Both the position numbers and the translations under genes were made by a program. A DNA stretch of 32,000 bases from Nostoc sp. C052 (GTDB lineage: Bacteria; Cyanobacteriota; Cyanobacteriia; Cyanobacteriales; Nostocaceae): contig NZ_CP040272.1 of assembly GCF_013393905.1 (NCBI RefSeq), forward strand, positions 2,360,900 through 2,392,899, written 5' to 3'. A model generated the notes under the pieces. The model ran no database searches, was not told the DNA's origin, and was given only the letters and a program-made list of their open reading frames with translations. Below, piece by piece: positions 19,742 to 27,118 of the stretch (position 1 is the stretch's first letter; the number at the start of each line of letters is the position of its first letter).

Positions 19742-21697
19742 ATGACAAATGAACAAATCCAATTAAGTTGGGAAGAACCAGCGACAGGTGAACGGCGAGA
19801 ACCAAGGTTAAATATACCGATCGCTTTTGGTCGAGAATTCGCTCGTTTACCTGCTGAACTTAAGGGAGTGCGCGTTTCTCGGATGCTGCTTAACAGTAAC
19901 GAAGTTTCTCGCTACCATGCCCTAATTGAGTGGGAACAAGACCATCTAGTGGTGATTGATCAAGGCAGTGTTAACGGTGTCTATGTCAATGGTCAACCAC
20001 AAACGCGGAGTGTCTTGGCTAATGGCGATACGTTGCAAATTGGCCCCTATTTAATAACGGTGACATTTGTTGCTAACGCCTCTGCACCAGATACTAGCCC
20101 CCCTTCAACGATTCGCTTTAATGCAAATACCAATCTTCCAGACCCCAGCTTGCCTGTAGTCCAGCCGTTAACGCCTTTGACAAGTAATTTCCCGCCATTG
20201 GCATTTCAAGCACAAAAGGTTGCTGTGCAAGCACTTCATGCTACGGGATTGCCAGTAGATGAATCTGATTATTTAGCGATCGGGGCGGGATTGGGTAGCT
20301 TTTTATGGGCTGATTTGCTGCGAATTAGTGGTGTACGTGCTGACAAAATTGTAGCTTTGGGATTAGAGGCAGAACCTTATGCCCGTTACAAGCGCCTCTG
20401 TTTGAATTCGCAAATTCCCTTATATGAAAGACTGCGTTCTAATTCTGACTCTTGTCCTGATAATATTTGGGGTTGGCCTAGTTATGCCTTGCGTGAGGCT
20501 TGGGGAGACTTAACTAAGGGACAGATAAATTCAGCATTCAAGTATTTATGGCAAGTCTTTGCCGAACCAACATTTGCTGAAACTTATACTCCCCGTGCTG
20601 GTAACGTCTTTGATTCCATAGATAGGGAGACAAAGCGTATTGGCTGGAATCAAATTTATCGCTATGGGCGAGTTAGAGGAATTCGGAAAACTGATGATGG
20701 CAGATATTGCGTAGCCTATTCTCGCGGCCCAGGAGATTATGCTTTTTTAGTTAGTCGTTATTTACATTTAGCTACTGGGTATCCAGCAATTCAGTTTCTC
20801 CCAGATTTGCAAGCTTATAGGGAAAAATATCAAGACTTTAAATCTGTGGTCAATGCTTATGAAGCCCACGATCATGTTTATGAACAACTAGAGCAACATG
20901 GTGGTACGGTATTGATTCGGGGGCGGGGAATTGTGGCTTCGCGGATTGTGCAGCGGATTTATGAAGCCAGAAAACGAAATCGGAATATTGCAGTTTTGCA
21001 TTTAATGCGATCGCCTAAACCCCAAGGTAACAAATTTCAAAGAGCCACGCGCCTAGTCAAAAATCATTACGAATTTCAACCCTTTAACTGGCCGAAAGCC
21101 TGTTGGGGCGGCGAACTCCGGGCAATGTTAGAAAAAGCTAGTCCCGATGAACGCAAACGTTTACTAGCAGACTGGGGTGGAACAACCACCGCCGACCGCC
21201 AAGACTGGCAGCAAATTACCGCCCAAGGGTTAAGCGAAGGTTGGTATCAAATTACCTTCGGTGAGGTGCTGGATGTAGAACGAGATGCCCAAAACCGGAC
21301 TATTACCCGTATCAGAGAGCAAAGCTTTGGGGAAATGAAATTGCTCGCTGACTTTATTGTTGACGCTACTGGACTGGATGCCAAGGTAGATACCAATCCC
21401 CTACTAGCAGATTTGGTGAAACATTACAATCTCCCAGTGAATCATCTGGGGCGATTGACTGTAGCGAACAATTTTGAATTGATAGAAATGCGTAGTGATA
21501 GAGGTCAAATGTATGCTGCGGGAGCTATTACTTTAGGTGGCCCTTATGCAGCAGTTGATAGTTTTTTGGGCTTGCAATACGCCGCATTAGTCGCCGTTGA
21601 TGGACTCGCCGCCGCCCGTGCTACTGGAGTGCAAAAGTTGAATGTTGTAAGTTCCTTTAGTCAGTGGTTGAAGTGGGTGTTAAATCAGTCACCTTAG
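19742..21697 (+). CDS. FHA domain fused to a two-dinucleotide-binding-domain (FAD/NAD(P)-type) flavoprotein-like region
   Basis: N-terminal FHA: IAFGRE...VSRYHALIEWEQDHLVVIDQGSVNGVYVNGQ...LQIGPYLITV. Pro-rich linker. Rossmann-like DYLAIGAGLGSF, a second GxGxxA (IRGRGIVASRIV), a DATG motif (FIVDATGLD), and a C-terminal MYAAGAITLGGPYAAVDSF. Confidence 0.75.
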   Translation: MTNEQIQLSWEEPATGERREPRLNIPIAFGREFARLPAELKGVRVSRMLLNSNEVSRYHALIEWEQDHLVVIDQGSVNGVYVNGQPQTRSVLANGDTLQIGPYLITVTFVANASAPDTSPPSTIRFNANTNLPDPSLPVVQPLTPLTSNFPPLAFQAQKVAVQALHATGLPVDESDYLAIGAGLGSFLWADLLRISGVRADKIVALGLEAEPYARYKRLCLNSQIPLYERLRSNSDSCPDNIWGWPSYALREAWGDLTKGQINSAFKYLWQVFAEPTFAETYTPRAGNVFDSIDRETKRIGWNQIYRYGRVRGIRKTDDGRYCVAYSRGPGDYAFLVSRYLHLATGYPAIQFLPDLQAYREKYQDFKSVVNAYEAHDHVYEQLEQHGGTVLIRGRGIVASRIVQRIYEARKRNRNIAVLHLMRSPKPQGNKFQRATRLVKNHYEFQPFNWPKACWGGELRAMLEKASPDERKRLLADWGGTTTADRQDWQQITAQGLSEGWYQITFGEVLDVERDAQNRTITRIREQSFGEMKLLADFIVDATGLDAKVDTNPLLADLVKHYNLPVNHLGRLTVANNFELIEMRSDRGQMYAAGAITLGGPYAAVDSFLGLQYAALVAVDGLAAARATGVQKLNVVSSFSQWLKWVLNQSP

Positions 21698-21760
21698 TAT
21701 TAGGGGGCATGGGGCATGGGGAATAGAGTATTTATCCGGCTGTTTTGAGTACCAAATCCC

Positions 21761-21918
21761 AACATTGAGGATAAAAGGTGCAACATTGAGGATAAAAGGT
21801 GCAACTTCGAGGATAAAAGACGCAACTTCGAGGATAAAAGGCTCAACTTCGAGGATAAAAGACGCAACTTCGAGGATAAAAGGTGCAACGTCGAAGATAA
21901 AAGGCGCAACGTTGAGGT
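21761..21918. repeat. 21-bp tandem repeat, 7 full units plus a partial unit (consensus aacttcgaggataaaaggtgc)
   Basis: Units start at 21761, 21782, 21803, 21824, 21845, 21866 and 21887, with a partial unit from 21908. Units 1 and 2 are identical to each other, and units 3 and 5 are identical to each other. Variation is confined to positions 4-6, 11 (unit 7 only) and 17-19 of the unit. Confidence 0.9.
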
Positions 21919-21933
21919 TCTGAGGTTTAATTG

Positions 21934-21962
21934 GCGATGTCTACGACGGGCTACACCTACGC
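21934..21962. repeat. Second (inverted) copy of the dispersed 29-nt repeat
   Basis: gcgatgtctacgacgggctacacctacgc is the reverse complement of 16931-16959 with one mismatch. Confidence 0.8.
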
Positions 21963-22120
21963 AGAATTCTTACTCTCTGATATTATGAATAAAATCGGCG
22001 GTTAGAAACTTCATCCCGGCTGTATTTTTTATAATTTTTTCTGTTATTTGCTCACTATTAACTATTTAGAGACTATAGACTGAGAACCATAAGTAAAATA
22101 TCGTGTATTTTGGCAGACTT

Positions 22121-22498
22121 ATGGAGCCAGTATCACTGACAGCAGCTGCGATCGCAACTTTAGTCATCACCAAAGCCTTTGAAAAAACTGGTGAAATCAT
22201 CGGCGAAAAGGCTTGGAACGAAGGCGAAAAGTTGTTAGTTCTGCTGAAACGCAAGGAACCTAGCACGGCGAAGGTTATTGAACAGTCTAAAACACAACCT
22301 TTAGATTATGGTCAAGCTTATCTCATTGGGCAGCAAGTAGAGGAAGCGGCAAAAAAAGACCCTGAAATTGCTCAAGCTGTGGAAGCTGTAGCTAATGAGG
22401 CACAACCTCAACTGACGAACACTATTATTGAAAATTGGCAGGGAATAAATATCAAAGGTGGAACTAATACCATTTCTGGTAACACCTTAAATTTCTGA
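22121..22498 (+). CDS. Small helical protein (125 aa from ATG), apparently the detached N-terminal module of the downstream STAND NTPase
   Basis: Starts with a hydrophobic helix (MEPVSLTAAAIATLVITKAF) followed by a charged helical region, and ends in a G/N/T-rich segment (NTIIENWQGINIKGGTNTISGNTLNF). It is in the same reading frame as 22505..24886, separated only by TGA-CTA-AAG. Confidence 0.6.
   Translation: MEPVSLTAAAIATLVITKAFEKTGEIIGEKAWNEGEKLLVLLKRKEPSTAKVIEQSKTQPLDYGQAYLIGQQVEEAAKKDPEIAQAVEAVANEAQPQLTNTIIENWQGINIKGGTNTISGNTLNF
22496..22498 (+). other. Single in-frame TGA separating the N-terminal module from the NB-ARC ORF
   Basis: 22505 minus 22103 is 402, which is 134 x 3, so the two ORFs share a frame. 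The sequence reads aat ttc TGA cta aag ttg ccc. No ATG lies between the stop and the P-loop. Confidence 0.9.
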
Positions 22499-22504
22499 CT
22501 AAAG

Positions 22505-24886
22505 TTGCCCGAAAGGGAATCGATAGTCTCTACTGAAATACCGCAAAATTTGCCCCTGACTGGGGTACTGGAGTTTGTCGGGCGTGAAGAGGAATTACAA
22601 AATCTTCACCAACTTTTGCAGGATAATAAACAAGTTGCGATCGTAGGTATGGGTGGAGTAGGCAAAACTGAACTCGCTACCCAATACGCCAAACAGCATT
22701 TGCAGAATTATCAAGGTGGGGTTTGCTGGTTATCTGCACAGGGAATTGATGTCGAAATTCAGATTTTCAGATTTTTTGAATTAAAATTCAACAGAATTGT
22801 ACCGGACGATTGGGAATTAGCAGATAGACTGAAATTCTGCTGGCAAAATTGGCAACAAGGTGAAGTACTGCTGGTGTTTGATAATGTCACTGACTACAAA
22901 ACACAGGTACAGCGTAATCTACCCTCAGAATCACCCCGATTTAAAGTATTGCTGACAACGCGTGAGAAATTTGACAGAACTTTGCCGCAATTACCTTTGG
23001 GTGTTCTCAAACCATTGGCGGCGATGAAATTATTAAAATCGCTGGTTGATAGAGAACGACTCAAAAGCGAACCTTGGGCTGCGAGAAGAATTTGTAAATC
23101 CTTGGGATATTTGCCTTTGGCGTTAGAGTTAGTGGGGCGATATCTGGATACAATGCCAGATTTGTCTCTGGAGACACTGCTGAAGCGGCTAGAGAAAAAG
23201 CGACTCGAACACGAAGCAGTCGCCAAAGCTAACCCATTGATGCGTTATGAATACGGTGTTGCCGAAGCTTTTGCATTGAGTTGGGAACAGTTGGATGAAA
23301 ATGCACAAAAATTAGGCTGTTTGCTGAGTTTGTATGCCTTAGCTGACATTCCGTTATCTTTTGAGGCGATAGAAGATGAGGAAGAACAAGAACTCAACGA
23401 GAAAGCTATAGCTGAGTTGCGAAAACTGCATTTAGTACAATGGCAAAGTAAAGGAATATATCGTTTACATCCACTGATTCGGCAATTTTTCCAAATGAAG
23501 TTGGATGAGTCAAGTGAGGCGGATAAGGTGAAAACAAATTTTACAGCGCAGATGGTAGAGGTGGCAAAGCAAATTTCTCAACAGCTTAACCGTGAAGAGA
23601 TTCTCAACGTCACTCCCTTTATCTCCCACATTGCAGAAATTGCAACCCATTTATCCCAATATCTCAGCGACGAGGATTTAATTGCGCCTTTCACAGGCTT
23701 AGGCTGGTTTTATCAAGGCCAAGGGCTTTATCAGCAGGCAGAACCTTGGTTGCAGCAGTGTAAAAAAGTCACTGAAAATCGTTTTGGTTTAGAACATCCC
23801 CATGTCGCCGCTAGCCTAAACAATCTTGCTGGACTCTATGAATATATAGGACACTACAGCGAAGCCGAGCCTCTGTATCTGCAAGCTTTGGAACTGAACA
23901 AATGCTTAATGGGAGAAAATCATCCTGATGTCGCCACTGCCCTGAACAATTTAGCAGCACTTTATCAGTCTACAGGACGCTACAGCGAAGCCGAACCCCT
24001 TTTTGAACAAGCTTTGGAACTAAGAAAACACCTACTGGGAGACAACCATCCCCATGTCGCCACTAGCCTGAACAATCTCGCAGAACTATACCGTTCTACA
24101 GGACGCTACAGCAAAGCTGAACCCCTCCATCACCAAGCTTTGGAACTGAGAAAACGCCTGCTGGGAGAAAATCATCCTGATGTCGCCAATAGCTTGAACA
24201 ATTTAGCAAGACTCTACATAGATACAGGACACTACAGCAAAGCCAAACTCTTGTTTGAACAAGCTTTAGAACTGACAAAACGCCTGCTGGGAGAAAATCA
24301 TCCCGATGTCGCCAATAGCTTGAATAATCTGGCAGGACTCTATAATACTACAGGACGCTACAGCGAAGCCGAACCCCTTCTTGAACAAGCTTTGGAACTA
24401 AGAAAACACCTACTGGGAGACAACCATCCCGATGTCGCCACTAGCCTGAACAATCTCGCAGAACTATACCGTTCTACAGGACGCTACAGCGAAGCTGAAC
24501 CCCTGTATCACCAAGCTTTGGAACTGAGAAGATACTTACTGGGAGACAACCATCCCGATGTCGCCGCTAGCCTGAATAATCTCGCAACACTCTATCAGTC
24601 TACAGGACGCTACAGTGAAGCCGAACAAATACATCTGCAAGCTTTGGAACTTTGGAAAAGCTTGCTGGGAGACAACCATCCTGATGTTGCCACTAGCTTG
24701 AACAATCTCGCAGGACTCTACTGTTCTACAAGACGCTTTAGTGAAGGCAAACCCTTATTTGAGCAAGCTTTGGCAATTTGTGAACGTACTTTAGGTGTAG
24801 ATCATCCCAATACAATGACGGTTCGGGGAAATTATGCAAGATTTTTAACCCACATTCCGCACCCGGAACTGTCACAAAAGAAATAG
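22505..24886 (+). CDS. STAND NTPase, NB-ARC domain plus about 9 kinesin-light-chain-type TPRs (bacterial NLR-like); the present 3' end is created by an IS insertion
   Basis: Walker A VAIVGMGGVGKTELA, Walker B VLLVFDNV, LLTTRE, and the GLPLA-type motif LGYLPLALELVGRYL. These are followed by 42-aa TPR units (HPDVATSLNNLAxLYxxTGRYSEAEPLxxQALELRKRLLG). The last 12 codons (THIPHPELSQKK) read into the IS terminal repeat. The native end is reconstructed at 26965. Confidence 0.88.
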   Translation: MPERESIVSTEIPQNLPLTGVLEFVGREEELQNLHQLLQDNKQVAIVGMGGVGKTELATQYAKQHLQNYQGGVCWLSAQGIDVEIQIFRFFELKFNRIVPDDWELADRLKFCWQNWQQGEVLLVFDNVTDYKTQVQRNLPSESPRFKVLLTTREKFDRTLPQLPLGVLKPLAAMKLLKSLVDRERLKSEPWAARRICKSLGYLPLALELVGRYLDTMPDLSLETLLKRLEKKRLEHEAVAKANPLMRYEYGVAEAFALSWEQLDENAQKLGCLLSLYALADIPLSFEAIEDEEEQELNEKAIAELRKLHLVQWQSKGIYRLHPLIRQFFQMKLDESSEADKVKTNFTAQMVEVAKQISQQLNREEILNVTPFISHIAEIATHLSQYLSDEDLIAPFTGLGWFYQGQGLYQQAEPWLQQCKKVTENRFGLEHPHVAASLNNLAGLYEYIGHYSEAEPLYLQALELNKCLMGENHPDVATALNNLAALYQSTGRYSEAEPLFEQALELRKHLLGDNHPHVATSLNNLAELYRSTGRYSKAEPLHHQALELRKRLLGENHPDVANSLNNLARLYIDTGHYSKAKLLFEQALELTKRLLGENHPDVANSLNNLAGLYNTTGRYSEAEPLLEQALELRKHLLGDNHPDVATSLNNLAELYRSTGRYSEAEPLYHQALELRRYLLGDNHPDVAASLNNLATLYQSTGRYSEAEQIHLQALELWKSLLGDNHPDVATSLNNLAGLYCSTRRFSEGKPLFEQALAICERTLGVDHPNTMTVRGNYARFLTHIPHPELSQKK
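23686..24830 (+). repeat. Coding tandem array of 126-bp TPR units with very high inter-unit nucleotide identity
   Basis: As an example, 23971-24150 and 24349-24528 (offset 378 bp, which is 3 units) differ at only about five positions by my count. Confidence 0.85.
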
Positions 24887-26942
24887 CAAAGAATTGTGGG
24901 GTTAGTTTTTGATTTAAAACCAAAATTGGAGAGATGGAAATTTAAAAATCAAACCAGAGTTTGCGAAAATAAAGAATCGGTATAAAAAATCCTGCACTAA
25001 AACGTAGAGTTACTAAACATAGAGTGAGTAACTCTTGCAAAAATTAGTAAAAGTAAAGCTTAATTAAAATAATAATCAAACTAATAAATAGTAGCGACGA
25101 CAAGTACTAGGAAAAAATTGTAATATCCATAATCTTTCATCAGAGAGGTTTGATATTTGTGAAACACTATTAACAATTAATAAATGAATACCTTGGAAAC
25201 ATTGAAATATCCACCTGAGAGTGGGGCGGTCTGTTGGTTTACCTAATTGATTTTTTATTTCCTGGTTTTGAGCTAATAAAATTCCACGTAACTGTCGTTG
25301 TCCTAAAGTATAAACCAACAAACATAACCCCATAATCATTGATAAAGCTTCAATGCGCTCCGGTGACTTAATAAATATGCTATCTGTTAAGAATAAAGGG
25401 TCTTTTAAGAAAGCAAAGCCTCTTTCACATGATTGTTGAGCTTTATATTCCTTAATCATGTCAGTGTGGCTTAATTGGGATTCATCAATAATATTAGTTG
25501 CTAAAATAAATTTTCCCGAAGCGCGATTTTCAAGTTCAATTGCTGCTTTATCTTGCTCTAATTGCGCGGATATCTGATAGTAATATTTCCAGTCATTCTG
25601 ATTGTTGTTTTTGTTTTTACCTTGAGGTTTTAACTGTTTCTTAGATATTTTAATTTCAGCCAAACAATGATATTTTAATTGCTCTGATAGATGTAATGCA
25701 GCTTTCTTGGCATCTCGATGACAAGCAAATTCTTCATTACATAATTTTGTGAGCTTTTGATGAGCATTTATTTGGGCTTGCTGAACACGGCGCATCAGCT
25801 GTTTAGAATCTGCTTTTTTCCGTTCTTGGCTTTCAACTATCAGCCATCTTTGCTCGATCCCGGCATAGTTACTAGACTTGACTATATATGAATAACCTGT
25901 TATTTCACTTTGGATTAAATCTTTGGAGTCTATTCCTAATAGTATTTGCTTGGCTAACCCCACTGTCAATGGAACTCTGCATAACCATTTGAGGCTTTTC
26001 ATCAAATTCAGGTTTTCGGCACTATATAATGCGCTGTCTGCTACCATTAACGCATCTATATCAATATTTTCTCGAAAATTCACGAGAGTTTTCGCAAAGG
26101 TTTTCGTATCTGATTGATTTCCTGACGCTGCTTTTAAAAAGATGGGAATATCCCCATCACTGCTACAAATTAACTCTAGAATAAATTGTTTTAAGTCTGG
26201 TCTATGATCTCTTGAATAACCATAAGTTATATTTATTGGTTGTGGTGCTAACTCTAGGAGCTTATCTTCATTTTCTGTGGGAGCATTTCTTTCAAAGGCT
26301 ACTTCGGGTAAACCAGTTTTATATTCTCCGTGCAGATGCAATGAAGAAGAATCTAAGTGTAGCGATGATAAATCTACTCCATATTTTTTTACTGCTGCTA
26401 ACGCTATTAAAGTGAAGATTCCACTTAATCCTTTTAAATATAATTGGTCTAATACTCTTCCTAGTCTGTCGTCATTTAAATGTTCTGGTAATACTCCTTC
26501 TCCTATCAAGTGTTCACAGGCATAGCTATCCATATATTTAGGAAACATATATAATGTTCCAGATACAAACCCTAACCCGTTTAGTATCATTGCTTTGACC
26601 GCCTGACCCGCACTCACTTTAGACTGCGGGTGCTGTCCAAGTATTTTATTTATTTGGTCTACCAACCCTATTTCATCAATAATTCCTGCTACTATCCCCA
26701 GGTGATTTAAATTTTTTACTTCAATGCTCAAAGGCGAATTCATTTTCACACTATATCCCATCAACTATTTTTAGCTTTTCATGATGGAAGCTTATAGAGT
26801 GCTAATTTTATTTATTTTTTGACTTTTACCCTGATTCTGGCTATTAACTTTACTTCTGGGTTTTTCTTGTCTCAATTTCTACCAGTAGTTTTAATTTACT
26901 TACTGCTTTCTCTGTGTGCCAGTTTTAGGTGCGGAATGTGGG
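24849..26942 (-). mobile_element. IS4-superfamily / IS1634-like insertion sequence (2094 bp) inserted into the 3' end of the STAND gene
   Basis: Perfect 15-bp terminal inverted repeats: cccacattccgcacc at 24849-24863 and ggtgcggaatgtggg at 26928-26942, extendable to about 28 bp with mismatches. A 6-bp direct repeat TTTTAA lies at 24843-24848 and 26943-26948. One 562-aa transposase ORF lies inside. Confidence 0.88.
25076..26761 (-). CDS. IS1634/IS4-family DDE transposase
   Basis: 561 aa. The N-terminus (LNHLGIVAGIIDEIGLVDQINKILG...KVSAGQAVKAMILNGLGF) is typical of IS1634-group transposases. The ORF fills the element bounded by the inverted repeats. Confidence 0.85.
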   Translation of the reverse strand: MGYSVKMNSPLSIEVKNLNHLGIVAGIIDEIGLVDQINKILGQHPQSKVSAGQAVKAMILNGLGFVSGTLYMFPKYMDSYACEHLIGEGVLPEHLNDDRLGRVLDQLYLKGLSGIFTLIALAAVKKYGVDLSSLHLDSSSLHLHGEYKTGLPEVAFERNAPTENEDKLLELAPQPINITYGYSRDHRPDLKQFILELICSSDGDIPIFLKAASGNQSDTKTFAKTLVNFRENIDIDALMVADSALYSAENLNLMKSLKWLCRVPLTVGLAKQILLGIDSKDLIQSEITGYSYIVKSSNYAGIEQRWLIVESQERKKADSKQLMRRVQQAQINAHQKLTKLCNEEFACHRDAKKAALHLSEQLKYHCLAEIKISKKQLKPQGKNKNNNQNDWKYYYQISAQLEQDKAAIELENRASGKFILATNIIDESQLSHTDMIKEYKAQQSCERGFAFLKDPLFLTDSIFIKSPERIEALSMIMGLCLLVYTLGQRQLRGILLAQNQEIKNQLGKPTDRPTLRWIFQCFQGIHLLIVNSVSQISNLSDERLWILQFFPSTCRRYYLLV

Positions 26943-27062
26943 TTTTAAAAGAAGCATATCGTTAACGATCGCACCCTTTCAAAAAATCACACCAAATTGA
27001 TGCCAGACAACAGTTGTAGTTCAAATTTTAGCAGCGATCGCCATCAATTCTAACTTAAAACA

Positions 27063-27118
27063 GCGATCGCTCCTTGTTCTCTCTTCCTTTGCGTCCTTTG
27101 CGGTTCGATTCTCATGCT
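27063..27118. repeat. Dispersed HIP1-headed repeat, copy A (gcgatcgctccttgttctctcttcctttgcgtcctttgcggttcgattctcatgct)
   Basis: Direct repeat of 27304-27367. Copy B carries about 8 extra nt (ctctgcgc). It sits in a cluster of five GCGATCGC sites between about 27033 and 27311. Confidence 0.75.

Noticed and set aside
19175-19805. Minus-strand ORFs 19175..19405, 19354..19539 and 19476..19805
   Set aside because: They are antisense to the two FHA genes, whose FHA motifs give clear coding evidence on the plus strand.
21700-21909. 69-aa minus-strand ORF encoding LLSSKL(R/H) heptads
   Set aside because: It is a by-product of the 21-bp tandem repeat, since 7 codons make one unit. All frames through the repeat lack stops, and its start lies in the STRR-like sequence after the FHA gene. 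There is no independent coding evidence.
21761-21918. Possible CRISPR array
   Set aside because: The units abut directly with no spacers, the period is only 21 bp, and no cas genes are in the window.
22505-22600. Classical two-gene amyloid-signalling pair (matching motif at effector C-terminus and NLR N-terminus)
   Set aside because: The G/N-rich tail of the small ORF has no counterpart in the first roughly 30 residues of the NTPase ORF (LPERESIVSTEIPQNLPLTG...). The same-frame single-stop arrangement fits a split all-in-one protein better.
22066-24923. Minus-strand ORFs 22066..22266, 22894..23226, 24096..24278 and 24738..24923
   Set aside because: They are antisense to the STAND locus or cross the IS boundary, and have no motifs.
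25923-26525. Plus-strand ORFs inside the IS (25923..26117, 26212..26415, 26277..26525)
   Set aside because: They are antisense to the 562-aa transposase in AT-rich sequence.
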